Shown piece by piece: positions 27,080 to 40,340 of a stretch of DNA of 64,000 bases. The stretch covers positions 10,397,009 to 10,461,008 of the forward strand of contig MU058781.1 in NCBI GenBank assembly GCA_013265495.1. The letters are read 5' to 3'. The translations under genes were made by a program, and so were the position numbers. Below the pieces are notes generated by a model. That model worked only from the letters and a program-made list of their open reading frames with translations, was not told the DNA's origin and searched no databases. How positions within the stretch are numbered: position 1 is the stretch's first letter; the number at the start of each line of letters is the position of its first letter. This DNA comes from Vicugna vicugna (lineage: Eukaryota).

Positions 27080-28490
27080 ACATTTTCTCTCTACTGTATT
27101 TTCTCTACATCTGTGTGATGACTCCTTTGTTTCATTTCTGATCTCTTTTTCTTAAACTCTTAAAGTTTCTACTGTCTCTAAGATGTGGCTTCTTATCTGT
27201 CCCAGATCCTTATATCTTGCTTCCTTGTGTATATCTACTGGATAGAACACTAACTTTTTCAAATCAAATATCCCTGAACTGATTTCACCATATATATATG
27301 TATATGTGTGTGTGTGGGGGGGAACCTTTCCTTTCTCACCACACAATAACCATTCAGGAATTTGAGAGTCTTTTCAGAACCCTCCATTTCTTTTATCCTC
27401 CACATCTAAAAGGTCACCAAACACCATGGATTTATGCTTCTATGAAATATCCCTCTAATTTATACTTTTCTCAATTACTTTTTTTTCCCAGTGGTTAGCT
27501 CTGGTTAATGGGCTAAAGGTTATTTTAACCCCTTATTTTAAGTTAATACTCTTCAGAGCAGTCTTAGATGACCACTTTCATTGACTTTATTTTGTTCCAT
27601 TATCTCTCACCCCCAAATGAGTACAATAGCTTCTTAAATGATCTTCTCATTGCTAGTGTCTTTGTTGGGGGCAGGAGCAGGGGTGGGGGGCTGGTGTATT
27701 TATTATTTATTTATTTCTAGAGGAGGTACTGGGGGTTGAACCCAGGACCTAGTTCATATTAAGCATGCGCTCTACCGCTTGAGATATACCCCCACCCCTG
27801 ACTTTTTTGTTAAAGTGAGTAGGTTTTTTTAAAAAATTACTTTTTTGTATCAGGGACTCCTCAAGTGAAACTGATCCTCCAAAAAAAGTGTAAATACACG
27901 TACACACAAAGTCATGCACATAATACACAGGGCCTACAGATCTCTGAAGCCTACACAATGACCCAATGACCTGTAAGGGTTGTGGATCCAGTTAAAAACC
28001 TTTGCTCTAACCCCTCCTATCCAAAGAGGCAGGTTTTTTTTTTTAATGCAGATCTAATCATGTCCTTTCTCTAGTTAAAGTTCTTCCATTACTGCTAATC
28101 TTCAAGATAAAGCCTAAATATTTAGTTTGGAATTAAAAGGGCCATTACCATTAATCCCATGCTACTTCTTCATTTTGCTTTTTTTTTTAAGTTCCCAACA
28201 TGCATCATGAGCTTCAGTCATATTCAAAACTCCCCAAAGTCCTAAACTGCTTACTCTATCCTGTTCATCGATTCTTTCCTGTTTCTGGCACACTCTTCCC
28301 CATCTCTCTTCCAGGTCAACTCCTAACCCAGGTCTCCTGCCACTTTCTCAATCAGAGCACCCATACCTTCTTGGAATAACTGATTTATTACTTATCAGAA
28401 TCAAAAAGTCCCTGAACTCTTTGAAAACCAGATTCACGTCACCCACATCAGTGATATCTGTTATCTAGAACAGTGTCCAGCTGTATTCCA
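27080..28490 (+). mobile_element. Fragmented L2, interrupted by a SINE and other inserts
   Basis: L2 motifs (gtatatctactgg, aaatcaaatatccctgaactga, aatagcttcttaaatgatcttc, aatgcagatctaatcatgtc, tctagaacagtg). Confidence 0.6.
27697..27798 (-). mobile_element. tRNA-derived SINE resembling camelid vic-1
   Basis: Reverse complement GGGGTGGGGGTATATCTCAAGCGGTAGAGCGCATGCTTAATATGAACTAGGTCCTGGGTTCAACCCCCAGTACCTCC plus (AAAT)n tail; Pol III A-box and B-box (GGTTCAACCCC) present. Confidence 0.85.
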
Positions 28491-30364
28491 TTCAAGTTTC
28501 TATAGAGAGAGAAAAGGAGGGGGAGGGAGAGGGGGTAAGAAAGAAGAGGAACAGGAGGAGGAAAAATGGCTACAATACAATTCTGTCGAACTAAAGACCT
28601 TACATGGAGATGGTGTAAAAGAAATTCTATTTATGAAAAAGAAGATTAATATGTTCTGAGCATGTTTTAAGTAGATATCACATAGGAAATATTCCCTCTC
28701 TACTATTACTTAGTTCTTACAGCATCTCTATTTGCTAGTTTGTACCTGAATTCAATGATGCATAGAGAGGTTAAGTATCTTACAGACCATTTCTGGACTG
28801 GGACACAATGGTGCTGGGACCCCATCTGAATTAAAAGCCCATTCTTTCCATCACATGTGTTTTCTTAACAAAAGTAAATTAAGGATTTAGCCTTTTACTC
28901 ATTTACATATGATTTTCACCATGATCTTAAGGAACTGTGGTTATGAAAATCTAGAAATGCATATAGGAATGTAGACTTACTTTCCAAGGATGCTGATTTT
29001 TAATTTTTCTCAGTAAACTCACTTAAATGGAAGCAGTTTTTGAGCAGATTCCTGTACAAGTGTGTTGACCTTTTCTTACCGATAAAGGCTTAGGTCCAAG
29101 CCTAGTGAATTATTCTTAGACTCACCCTCCAGTTAATATTTTGGCCAATACACAAAATCAAGTTCAAATCAGTGCTCATATAAAACATAAGCAAAGATAA
29201 GCCTGTCGCTTTCCACTTCTTTTTCAATAAACATCAATGTAAAGAAACCAAGTTTAATTAGCTCTACCTATTAATAGTCCATGGAAAATAGAAATCCAAG
29301 TAGAACTTCACTGCTGCTTAAATACAGGGTCAGAAGCACCCAGAGTAAGTTTCGACAGCCACAAGTAGCTTAAAGGACAGCGTGAATAGCTGAGCTTGTA
29401 ATTTTGTAGGAGTACAGATGCAGAATGACTATAGGGAACTTCTTCAGTGCAAACTGGCTTGTACGTCTGAGATTGCCTCATGTGCTGTGTGTTTCCTTCC
29501 ATTTATTCCCCAGCTGCCTGGAGCCTCCTTCCCTCATTCGGCCCCAGCTGGCCCCACCCTGGGCTGGCCCAGGACTGATGAGAGGGTGGATGGGCTCTTC
29601 CCCTGGCAAAGACAACAGAAATTGACAACTCCTCTGAATACTGGCTTATAAAGAGACTGATTATTTTTGCAGCTGCTTTTAGTCATTACTGAAAGTGTTT
29701 ATGTCTCCAATGCCCACTTTTAAATCACGTGGTAGTTTCCAACTAGCGCAAAGGTGGTGTTTCTCTTCAGTCATTTCTCTGTTCATATTTTTCATGGTCT
29801 TCTAATGGTTATACTCAGAACTGTTTAATTCTACTGTTTGCTATGTCTTAAGTGCTTGTTAAATACGCAATGATTCTTACCCAGAAGTTGCCAAATACAA
29901 TCCTGAACTCTGTGGGTCTCCAGATCATTAAAAACTAGCAGGCCAATTGCTGCTTCTTTTTTTTTTTTTCTGATGAAACAACCACCACAAGAGGAATTAT
30001 TATGAACAGCATACATAATCCTAAGTATTACTGATAAGGTGACTTTTTTGTAGCACTGAGTCTGTTTATTATAATTGGAATAAAGAAATTATGAGTAATA
30101 CTTGAGAAGTCTTAATATTTAGCATGAAATATACTGGGGTGCTGTCTATCAACTCAGTAGTCATACTTCATGGTTAAGCCCTTTCAAGATCCCTGCTTGC
30201 TTCCCCAAGAACACAGCTAAATCAGTCAAAGCTATTTTGGTCAGCAGTAGAGAGGACCTTAGAAAAGGTTAAAACTTAGGTTGTTGAGTTAGATGAACTC
30301 GGCGAGTGAGTCAGTTGAATCCTCTTTATTTTACTTAAGAGCTACATAGAGAATATAATAAATA

Positions 30365-30535
30365 ATAAATAGTCTATAAGGGTATATTGCATTAACACAA
30401 GGAATATAGTAAATATTTTATAACTATAAATGGAGTATAACCTTTAAAACTTGCAAATCACTATGTTGCACACCTGTAACTTACATAATATTGTATATCA
30501 ACTATATCTCAATTTTTTTTAAGTAAAAAAAAATA
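30365..30535 (+). mobile_element. L1 3' end
   Basis: aacacaaggaatatagtaaatatttt...aatggagtataacctttaaaa...cactatgttgcacacctgtaactta...caactatatctcaatt. Confidence 0.85.
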
Positions 30536-30562
30536 ACTAAAAGGAAACTTAAAGAGACTGCC

Positions 30563-30735
30563 GAAAGTTTTCAAACTTTGGTGTGCTTCCGAAACACCTG
30601 GAAGCCTCTGTGGGCCCCATCCCTACAGTGTTTAACTCAGTGGTTCTGGATGGTGTTAGAGAGTATCTTTTTCTAACAAGCTCCCCAGGTGGTGCTGATG
30701 CTACTGCTCACCAGACCACTCTGGTGAGCCAATGG
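30563..30735. mobile_element. MER5A-type hAT-Charlie DNA transposon
   Basis: ttttcaaactttggtgtgc...acacctgga...gggccccatccc...ttctaacaagctccccaggtggtgctgatgctactgct...gaccactctg. Confidence 0.8.
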
Positions 30736-32424
30736 CCCAAGGGGACACCCAGGACAGAAATGTGTACCTTCTCAATTCTAAAGTAATGTGTGGCCAGTCT
30801 ACCAGATGTCCTTCACTGATGAGAATTTTATTCCAAAAATAATAGATAGCAACATAAAATGCCTTCTCAGCTGCATTCACTCTATCTTGGAAACTAAATA
30901 ACCACAATAAGGAGGTCTTAGGGCCTTGGGTTGTAACAGTATTAGTAATAGATGAAGAAAAGGAGGAAAAGACAGAGGGTGATTTTCACCCAAATTGAAG
31001 TGTCCGCTGTTTTTCTTTGTGAAGAGGGATATCTGAAATCCTTGTTGGAACTTCTTTTTGTTATATTAAGAAGCTCTAGGTTGAATAATCATGTATTAAT
31101 ATTACTATAAACAAGAGAGTTTTCCCCCCTATTATAGACCACGGATTTAAATACCAGGTAAGCAGCCATGTCTAGTCTTCTCCAGTTAAGACTGCTGTCT
31201 GAAACCTGCCCTACGCCTGCCTGTATCTCCAACTGCAGGTGTAACTACCTCACAGGCCTCCGGCCTTTCATCTGCTGAGCCAAGCAGGTCATCAGCACCC
31301 CTCCACAGGCGGTCTCACCCCCACTGCTGCCGGGCTTGTGAGAGGCTGGAGTAGCTCACGAAGGCAGATTCACAAGTGCTGGTCTATTCGTCTGTGTGAA
31401 GGCTTTGCACCACCTTTCATCATCTCTCTATCCCCAGCCCCTACTCCAACTCCACCAAAAATGAAAGCTCCCAATGAAGAAACACTGTCATCACAGCTGC
31501 CAACCAATGAAGGGGTGGGGACGGGTGGAGGAAAAAGCATAGAGGAAAAAAAGCCTATTTATTCCACAATCTGCAAGTTGTATAATTTAGGGCTTTCCAG
31601 TACCTTCATTATTAATGAATTCTGAATAGATTCAGTAAGTTCAATAGGCAACATAGAAAGGTCAAGGACCACAAAATTTAGGGAAATAAAATAGAGAAAC
31701 ATTGGAAAAATGCCCTTAGAAACAGATATATACACAGCCTTGAGGATCTCTCCTAGGGCTCCTGGTGGTGTCCCTTGACTCATGAAAGGCTGTGAGCTGG
31801 GCTAGCTACATGCATTCTTCGCAAGCTCTCAATATGTGACAACTGCCTAACTATATACAAAAGACAACTTGGCACTTCTACAATTAGTGATTGCCACTTG
31901 GAGGCCTCATCTTGCATCTATCCTGGTTATCCTGTACATATTCATCTTTATGTCCCCCTCCTGCTCAGCTCCAGAGCTGTGGGAATCTGTACACCCAGTA
32001 GTATTATCATGGCTATACCGCTGTTCATCAGTGTTTGTCTTTTTGAAATGCTCTTTCTCTCTCCTTAGCCTATTTAAACTCTTCCAGTATTTCAAGCCTG
32101 GTCAAACAGCTACCTTTTCTAATCCACTGCCCTTATTGATTTGTGTTCGTATGGAATTCTCTGCTCTTTTGTGTAATCACAGCAATAAATTTTTTGTTTT
32201 GTTTTTACATCAAAGTTTAGCACTGGGGCATTGGCCTCCTTGCTCTGTTCTTAAATTCCATGAAGCCCCTCTTCCATTGGCAGAGCAGGGGTACATGACA
32301 GCAGCTCAAGAAGGACTTAACTATGGGTAGTATTTCCTTTAAGATATTTATGATTTTTCAAAAATTGAATATGGCTTCTAGGTGACAGTCTCCAATCTGA
32401 TGTGTTGATCACAGCCTGGCCTCA

Positions 32425-32650
32425 CTGTGGAAGACACAGACTTGAGAACCAGACTGCCTGGCTCTGAGTTCCAATTTTCCCATGTAAAAGCTGGCAGGTT
32501 AGCATTTCTGTACTTCAGTTTCTTTATGTACGAAATGAGGACTATAATAAAACCCACCTCATGGTATTGCTGTGAATGTTAAATGAATTAAGAAGACAAT
32601 TAAAACAAAGCCAGAGCCATGCAGGCACTCAAAAAAAAATACTATAATGA
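32425..32650 (+). mobile_element. MIR SINE
   Basis: gagaaccagactgcctggctctgagttcc...tctgtacttcagtttctttatgtacgaaatgagg...cacctcatggtattgctgtgaatgttaaatga. Confidence 0.8.
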
Positions 32651-33289
32651 TGATTCGTATTCATGAAAACATTTATTGTCACTCCTAAATAGCTCTTTAA
32701 CATGTAGATAATGAAATCACCACAACAATACTGTAACACATCACAGTGCTGGATTCAGCCTTAGAAGCTGAAGTAGGAACTAATAATAAAGAACCCAAAC
32801 CCTTCACTGAGTGAGGCATTTTACATGGGATAAGCCTGAACTCCATTTCCTTGGCTAAATTAAACATACTATAAAACAACGTAGACCTTTTAACATGCAT
32901 TTTTGCCAGCCAAGATCAGTGGTCAGAAAATCCATAGAAATCACCCAATTCCTTTAGGAAGAAAGAGGGAAGGGATTTCTGACTAACATAAGACCCTTGC
33001 AAAGTCTGAAGTATATGATGGTCTACTGCTTCTGGTATTCACTAAAACTAGTAAATATTATGGGAAAGTGTATCCCAGAAAAGGAAAAACGGAGCCTGAA
33101 GTAAAAATGTAAGCAACGTAAATGTAATTGAAACAAGGAGAAAGGAATAAAAGTTGTATCATTAGAAAAATAAAGCCTTATTATATGTTTCTAGGAAATA
33201 TATATTTTTTTCCTTTTCAAAGTAATTTCTTTTGGTTCACTTTTCAGTTGACTGAATTTTCTCTTCTAGTACTTTTTTTGTTTTTACAT

Positions 33290-33865
33290 ATAGTTACGAA
33301 ATTTTTTTCTTGTGATAACTTTTGAGATGAACTCTCCTAGCAACTTCCAAATATGCAATACAGTATTATTACCTATAGTCACCATGCTGTACATTACATT
33401 TATAAAATAAATGTGTACTTTTTGCTCCTTCACCCATTTATCCCAACCCTCACCACCAGCCTCTGGCAATGACCAATCTATTCTCTATATCGATGAGCTT
33501 ATTCCTGTTTGTTTTTCTTTTCTAGGTTCCACAGACAAATACAGTATGATCTCCTTTATATTTCTCTAACTTATTTCACTTAGCACAATGCCCTCAAGGT
33601 CCATCCATCTTGTCACAAATGGCAAGAATCTATTCTTTTTTATTGCTGAAAACGTTTCATTGTAAAATTTTACATATATATCACATTTTCTTTATCCATT
33701 CATCCATTGATTGATGGAATCTTAAGTTGTTTCTGTGTTTCCATGTCTTGGCTATTGTACATGCAGTGAGCATAAGGGTGCATAGGGGTGCAGATATCTT
33801 TTTGGAATAGTGGTTTCCTTTACTTTGGAAAAATACCCAGGCGTGGAACTACTGGATCATACAGT

Positions 33866-33897
<32 letters not shown>

Positions 33898-34532
33898 TGA
33901 GGAAACTCCATACTGTATTCATAGTGGCTGCACCAATTTGCACCCTCACCAACAGGGCACAAGTGTTCCCTTTTCTCCATGTCCTCACCAACAATTGCCA
34001 TTTCTTGTCTCTTTGATCATAATCATTCTAACAGAAGTGAGGTGATACCTCATTGTGGATTTGATTTGCATTTCCCTAGTGATTAGTGATATTGAGCATC
34101 TTTTCATGTACCTGTTGGTCACCCACTTGTCTCCTTTGGAAAAACGTCTGTTCAGATCTTCTGCCCAATTTTTAATCAGATTATTATTTTTTTTTTTTGC
34201 TACTAAATTGAATGAGTTCTTTACATATTTTGGATATTAACCCCTTATCAGATACAATTTACAAATATTTTCTCCCATTCAGTAGGTTGCTTTTTCCTTT
34301 TGTTGATGATTTCCTTTGCTATGCAGAAGCTTTGTAGTTTATCTAGTTCCACTTGTTTGTTTCTGCTTTTGTTGCCTTTGGTTTTCGTGTCATTAAAAAA
34401 TTACCACCAAGACCTATGTGAAGGAGCTAACCGCCTATGTTTTCTTCTAGAAGTTTTATGGTTTGGGGTCTTATGTTCAGCATTCACATTGAGTTAATTT
34501 TTGTGTACAGTGTAAGATAGTAGTTCAGTTTT
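33290..34532 (-). mobile_element. 5'-truncated L1 (L1MA-like): 3' UTR plus ORF2 end
   Basis: cttatttcacttagcacaatgccctcaaggtccatccat..., gtgaggtgatacctcattgtggatttgatttgcatttccc, tttcctttgctatgcagaagcttt; internal poly-T run at 33871-33898. Confidence 0.93.
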
Positions 34533-35099
34533 ATGAGAAGAACAGTTAAAAGTTCTGTAACTATGACTCTTGTCAGATATACACACACAACACATTGAGA
34601 TTTTTGCTATAACCTTAATTCGTCATTTATACTTCCCTATAAAAAGTTATCACATAATTGAAAAATATATTACTAAACTTAAAGCAACCTCATAGGCCTG
34701 TAATTTACTAAATTCTTTAAAAGTCAGTTTAAATAGCTGCAGCCTGCTCTACAGGAATTTACAATCCAAGATGAGAAATGCTGATGTTGTTTTAAAATAA
34801 ATACAATATGTATAGAAAACAAACAGAGGAAGGGGAGGGAAAACTACCTCAATTCCCTTTCAAGAGAGAAGCATCCAAAGAAGATAGCGGATGGAGCAGA
34901 AAGCTAGGTAAGAGTAAGTTTCTCGGCCTTCCAAGTGTAGGAGGAGACCCGGAGCAGGCACAGAACTGGGACGCAATGATTGGATGAAACAGGCTTCTGA
35001 GTCCTGTATCTCCTTTCAGGCTAGTATCTACGGTTGGAATTTCCCACTTTTCTATTTCATACCTGCATAGATTTACCTTTAAAAATGTCTATATTTTCA

Positions 35100-35340
35100 T
35101 TTATATACAATGCAAAATAGAAAAAAACTAATCTATAGTATTAAAGAAGAGGATAATGGTAAATTTGGGGAGGTAGTGACTGAAAACACAGGCAGTTATT
35201 TTCTGGATTATAGTTAAGTTTTGCTTTGTTTTGTATGCCTGTTATACTGGTTTCCAGTTTACTATACACATTCATTGAGCTGTGCAAGCATTATTGGTGC
35301 ATTTTCCTGTATGTATGACTTATTTCAGTAACATTTACAT
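35100..35340 (+). mobile_element. Old L1 (L1MC/ME-like) 3' end
   Basis: aaaactaatctatagtatt...ggataatggt...cattcattgagctgtgca...ttttcctgtatgtatg. Confidence 0.65.
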
Positions 35341-35854
35341 TTCTCAAAACGTCAATTCACATCACATCACCTCCTCTATGAAGTTTTTCCTGCACTACCT
35401 TTTCCATCTTAGGTGACTCTCCTTTTTCTAGTTTTCCTATACTGACAATATTAAGGTTGGTTAAAAGGAAGAGATCATATTTTTTTTGTTGTTTTTTATC
35501 ACCAGCAACCAAAAGAGGACTGTTATTAACCAATGCCTAATCAATTAGCAATGACAAAATAATTAAGTGACAAATACATAAGATTTGCATGATCAAAATA
35601 CGAGTACCAAGAAAGACAATTAAAAATTGCTGACAATTAAGATCGTGAAGAAGATGGTGAGGCGATTCCTTAACTTATATGAAAATGTCTAGTTAGCATG
35701 TAGGTACTGATTACCATTATTTCATACCCCACAAATTTTAAATTAATTTTGAAGTTGAAAATTATGGAGGCTTCTTACCTATAATTTATCTTTTTCCTAT
35801 ATTTTCATCATAAAGGACTCTCTGTCCAGGAGATGTGAGCAAATCACACTTAGA

Positions 35855-36405
35855 AATTTATAAATAGTAAAGGAGCAATACAAGATAAGGATATTACACT
35901 CATTAACATATATGCACCTAATATATGTTCTATATATATAGAAGTACCTATATACATAAAACAAATACTAACAGACATACAGGGAGAAACTGATCGGAAC
36001 ACAATCATAGTAGGAGACTTTAACATCCCATTAACATCATTGGACAGATCTTTCAGACAGAAAAATCAATAAGGCAACAGATACTAAATGACACCATGGA
36101 ACAGTTGGACTTGGTTGATATTCTTAGGACATTACATCCCCAAATAACAAAATATACATTCTTTAAGTGCACATGGAACATTCTCTAGAATAGATCACAT
36201 ACTTAGGCACAAAAGAAGCCTCAACAAATTTAAGAGAACAGAAATTGTATCAAGCATCTATTCTGATCATAATGCCATGAAACTAGAAATCAACCACAGA
36301 AAAACAAATAAAAAAACGATGGCATGGAGACTAAACAACATGCTACTAAAAAAATCAGTGGGTCAAATATGAAATTGAAGAAGTTTAAAAATACTTTGAG
36401 AAATG
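35855..36405 (+). mobile_element. L1 ORF2 endonuclease-domain fragment, disrupted
   Basis: Decayed frames encode L1 endonuclease motifs INIYAPN, TIIVGDFNIPL, HGTFSRIDHILGHK and SDHNAMKLEIN; frameshifted. Confidence 0.92.
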
Positions 36406-36969
36406 TACAAATAGAAACTTCCTGATAACAGTAATCTTGGATTTATGTATGTATTACTTCTTGGGCTTCTATTTGACAGAATTTGCCATATTCTATAGAT
36501 ACAAATATAAATAAAATGAGTTCCTTTCTTCAAAGAGCTTACTAGTTAGTGGAAAGATACAAACGTATATGTAATAAATGTAACAAATGCTATATTAACA
36601 ATTAACAGAGTTCTGGGAAAAGTTTTACAAGTAGCTACACTTTCAATAAAGCAGCAGCCCAGGTCTTAAACTATCTTAGAATTTCAAACTAAATGGATTT
36701 TCTGCCTTCATAGATTTGTCTAAATATGAGTTGTGATGTTATACATTCCAAGGTCATGAAACCAGAGAGCTGGTGGGAATAGCACAATTTGGACCTGAAG
36801 ATATGGGAAAATCATAGCTATTTGAGGGTGGTGGGTGCCTCATGTTTCCTGTGACACTGACAGCAGAGATAGGGTCCTAAGTTCATTACCCTATCACCTA
36901 TGGTAGTTTTTTTATAACTACTGAATCCCTATCTGTTTATTTTTGAAACCAGAGATGTGGCTATGACTT

Positions 36970-38665
36970 TTGCTTTCATCTCCAGCATGTAAAGATTCTG
37001 GAACTCATCACTCTCATCCTTACAATAAGAAAACGTTAAAGTGAAAAATCAATGACTTTTCTTAAACCCTACAGAGAACCCCTCTCTTAATATCTAGAAA
37101 GAGAGAGAAGGGCATCTGGAGGTAGAGCTGAGATTTTCTTACCTGGAGCAGAAGCAGCTGGAGCTGTAAACTGGTAGGAACACTCACAGGGTGATTTTGA
37201 CGAACTGCCAAAGGCTGAGTCAGAGGTATAGCTTGTGATCTTTGGGGGCGGTCCACAGTTGCATGGGATTTATTTCCAGGAAGATACATGGAATATCCCC
37301 TCTGGCTCTGGCAGGGAAAGGGGATGAATAAACATTGTAAAATACACCCACAGTCTTCTCCATAACAAAAGCCTATTCTTTAGGGGAAAGGATTCTGCTA
37401 AAGCTTTATTCTCAGTGAGAGGAAGAAAATTTCTTCCAAATCAGCCCCCTTCCAGCCTTCTTGTCTCAACTAAGGGGAAAACAAAAACCAGAGGCAACAG
37501 GTCAGGAAATTAACTGACAATGTTGGAGCCAGAAAACTGAGTAGGAGGCAGAGGGACATAAAATATATGTGAAGGTAATGGTCCTGAGACACAAGCCCAT
37601 GAAAAGACAGATTTAATCCAAGATTATAGAATATACTCTTTCCACACCTTCCCAGCATACTAACACAACTCTAGTTTAATAAAATGGATTCTATCGAAAG
37701 GACTGCAAACTATAGGCTCTCTCTGAGAAGGAGCACTTAGGGAAGACTGCAGTAAAGAGGGAAGACAAAAAAACATGGACACTAGAGGAATCTGAAGCCC
37801 CAGGCATCTACAGCAAACATTAAACACAGCACAACTCTGCCAGATTAACATATCCTCAAACTAAAGGCCTATTTATCTCAGTTCCTATTACTTGATATAA
37901 CATTTCTAGCTTTTGGCATGAAATTAAAAAAGACATTCCAAATAGTAAGAAAGAAACACAATATAAAGAGATACAGCATCATAATTAGACTCAGATATGA
38001 CACAGATTTGGGGATTATCAGACCATGATTTTCAAATAGGTATGAAAAATTTAAATGTTTAAAGTTTTAATGGAAAAAGGAGTCAACATGAAAGAGAAGA
38101 TAGGCAAAAGAAGGTAAGCAGAGACATGAAAATTCTAAGACTGAAAAGGAAATACTAGAAATCAAAAACATTGATTGAAATAAAGAGTGTCTTTGATGGG
38201 CTTATCAATTAACTAGACACAGCTAAAGAAGGAATCACTGTTCTTGATGAAAGCTCAACAGAAAATTCTTAATCAGAAATGGAGAGAAAAAATAATGGAA
38301 AAAACAAGTAAAAAAACTAGAATGTAGAACTGTGGGACAATTTCAAAAGGTGTAACAGACATAATTGCAATAAAAGAAGAAGAAAGGATAGAGCAGAAGA
38401 AATGTTTGGAATGGCAATGTTCAAGGATTTTCCAAAATTATGACTGTCAAACCACAGATCTAGGAAGCTTAGAAAACAAGCAGGATGAATACCAAACAGC
38501 AATGATAAAATCCCATACACCTAAACATATCATATTCAAACTGCAGAACACTAAAGACAAAAAAAAGGGCAGGGATACCCTACCTCTAGAGGAACAGGGA
38601 TAAAAATTATGGTGAACTTCACACAAGCAAGAAAAGAGGGCTGGGAAATCATTAAAGTGTTGACA
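36970..38665 (+). mobile_element. Old L1 (L1M4/L1MD-like) 5' UTR plus ORF1 remnant
   Basis: tagactcagatatgacacagatttggggattatcagac, tttgatgggcttatc...agacacagctaaagaaggaatcac, aactgtgggacaatttcaaaaggtgtaac, PKHIIFKLQNTKDK-like ORF1 peptide. Confidence 0.85.
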
Positions 38666-38739
38666 GAGATGTTAGTATGACAGTGCAGCTAAAAATTTAA
38701 TATTAAAAATTTAATATTAAAAACTTAAAAATACAGAAA

Positions 38740-38872
38740 GTTTCCCCTAATCTCAGAAAATTCTGACCGAGGAGCTCTGATAAGCGATCTGGAGAGGTCA
38801 ATTTCAGGCATTAACTCCAGGTGATTCTGGCCCCGATGGTTGATGGATCACATTTTAAGAAACACAAAGCAT
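38740..38872. mobile_element. MER5-type DNA transposon fragment
   Basis: aactccaggtgattctgg...atggatcacattttaagaaacac. Confidence 0.55.
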
Positions 38873-38879
38873 GTTGCAA

Positions 38880-39245
38880 AGCAAACATCAAGACAGGATC
38901 AGACATGCAAGGGTTGTAAAAGGGGAAAAGCCAAGAGACAGGGAGCATTGAGTTTGGGAGAGACATCAGGACAGCATGCAAGTTTAATTACCAGTGAAAG
39001 AGAGAGAAAAGGGGATTTGGGTGGAAGCACCCCAGACATCATCCAGTCTAAGGAACATTCAACCAGGTTGCTGGAGAGTCCTTCAGATCAAGTAGGCTGT
39101 CATAGAAGTCCCTTGTCCTTCAGAAACAGGCCAACCTTAGGGTACTACTCAAGTATAATCTTTAATTTGGAGCAACCCATGGGAAGTATGACTTCAGTGC
39201 AAATGCTGTGATGGATTGCAGAGCAAAGCATCTGTAGTTGTGTGT
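38880..39245 (-). mobile_element. Old MaLR/ERVL LTR fragment
   Basis: ccagtgaaagagagagaaaaggggatttgggtggaagcacccc...ggagagtccttcag...ggagcaacccatgggaagtatgacttcagtgcaaatgctg. Confidence 0.55.
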
Positions 39246-39639
39246 GTACAACTGTCGTTGTGCCCATGATTGTCACAGGACCATAGAAATAATTCTATCC
39301 CGGTATATTTTTATAATCTAATAATATCCCCATGAGGTAATCAAATCTCAGACATGTTATATAATTTTCCAGTGATTACATAAGTAGACAATTAGGACCC
39401 AGGTATTCTCATTCTTATGCTGGGATTTATTATTTCTAAAGCTAGAACCATTTTTATTGTACAAAGAAAGTTGAATTAAAGCATAGAATTTAGAGAAATT
39501 TTAATATGGCTAATCTACAGGTGAGGAAGGAAAAACAACTGTCAGAATCACTTAATTTTTTTTAATTACTGGGAGACAGCTATTTCTGAAGTAAATTAGG
39601 AAATAAATTCCATAGGAATATGTCTGCCAAATTTTAGTT

Positions 39640-40340
39640 ATTGTTTCTCAGCCCCAAATCTACCCTTCTAACTTTCTATAATGGAAATGGGAATCAAAAC
39701 CCACTTCTGCTCAGCCACCAGCTCCAGATGGGCTTTGTCAGGAGCAGGCAGCAGCAGGAGGTGTCTATACATTTGGAGGAGGGAGAAGAGACTGCACCAT
39801 CTTGTTTGTTTCCTGCAAGTCTTCTGCTTTCTTCTCACTTGTTCCCTGTCCCTGTGTCAGCCCAGCACTTCTTCCCTCCAACAGCAGAGGTTCCTGGCTG
39901 GTACATCCTGAGTCAGGACTGCACTTTCTAGGAGTCCTGTAGAACCAGCCACAGAGCCCTACCCCCACCTCCTAGCAGCAAGAGCCAGCCAGAGCCTCCT
40001 CCTCCTAGGAGGGGAGAAAGTCTGGGTCTCTGTCCTATGGCCCCTCCTCTGAGCTCAGAGACACCAGCTCAAGATCAGCAGTACTTCCTCCTCCTCAGAA
40101 GTCTGTGTTTCCACTCCATGGGTCTTCCTCTAAGCTTCTATGTCATTTAATTCCAACCTCTTCCTTCTGTTCCCTAGCCCTAGGGATGGAGGCTACTTCC
40201 TGAAATAGTACCTTTGTTATATCTAATATTCTTTTCTTGCGTTTTGAATTCTCTATTAAACCCCTTTACACTCAGCTAACAGTTCTCATATTGACAACAA
40301 GCATTGTTCCTGATGCCTTGATTGGACACTGACTGGTAGG
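39640..40340 (+). mobile_element. ERVL-type LTR (LTR33-like)
   Basis: ctcagccccaaatctacccttc...gggctttgtcaggag...ttccctagccctagggatggaggctacttcctg...ttgattggacactgactggta. Confidence 0.65.

Noticed and set aside
27721..27798. Possible tRNA gene
   Set aside because: Has A and B boxes but a degenerate cloverleaf and an A-rich tail, so it is a SINE
31869..32330. Longest ORF (153 aa), hydrophobic
   Set aside because: Non-ATG start; overlaps a decayed L2-like pyrimidine-rich region, which explains the hydrophobicity
33788..34497. ORFs with poly-Phe and L1-antisense peptides
   Set aside because: Antisense L1 ORF2/3' UTR with a poly-T run
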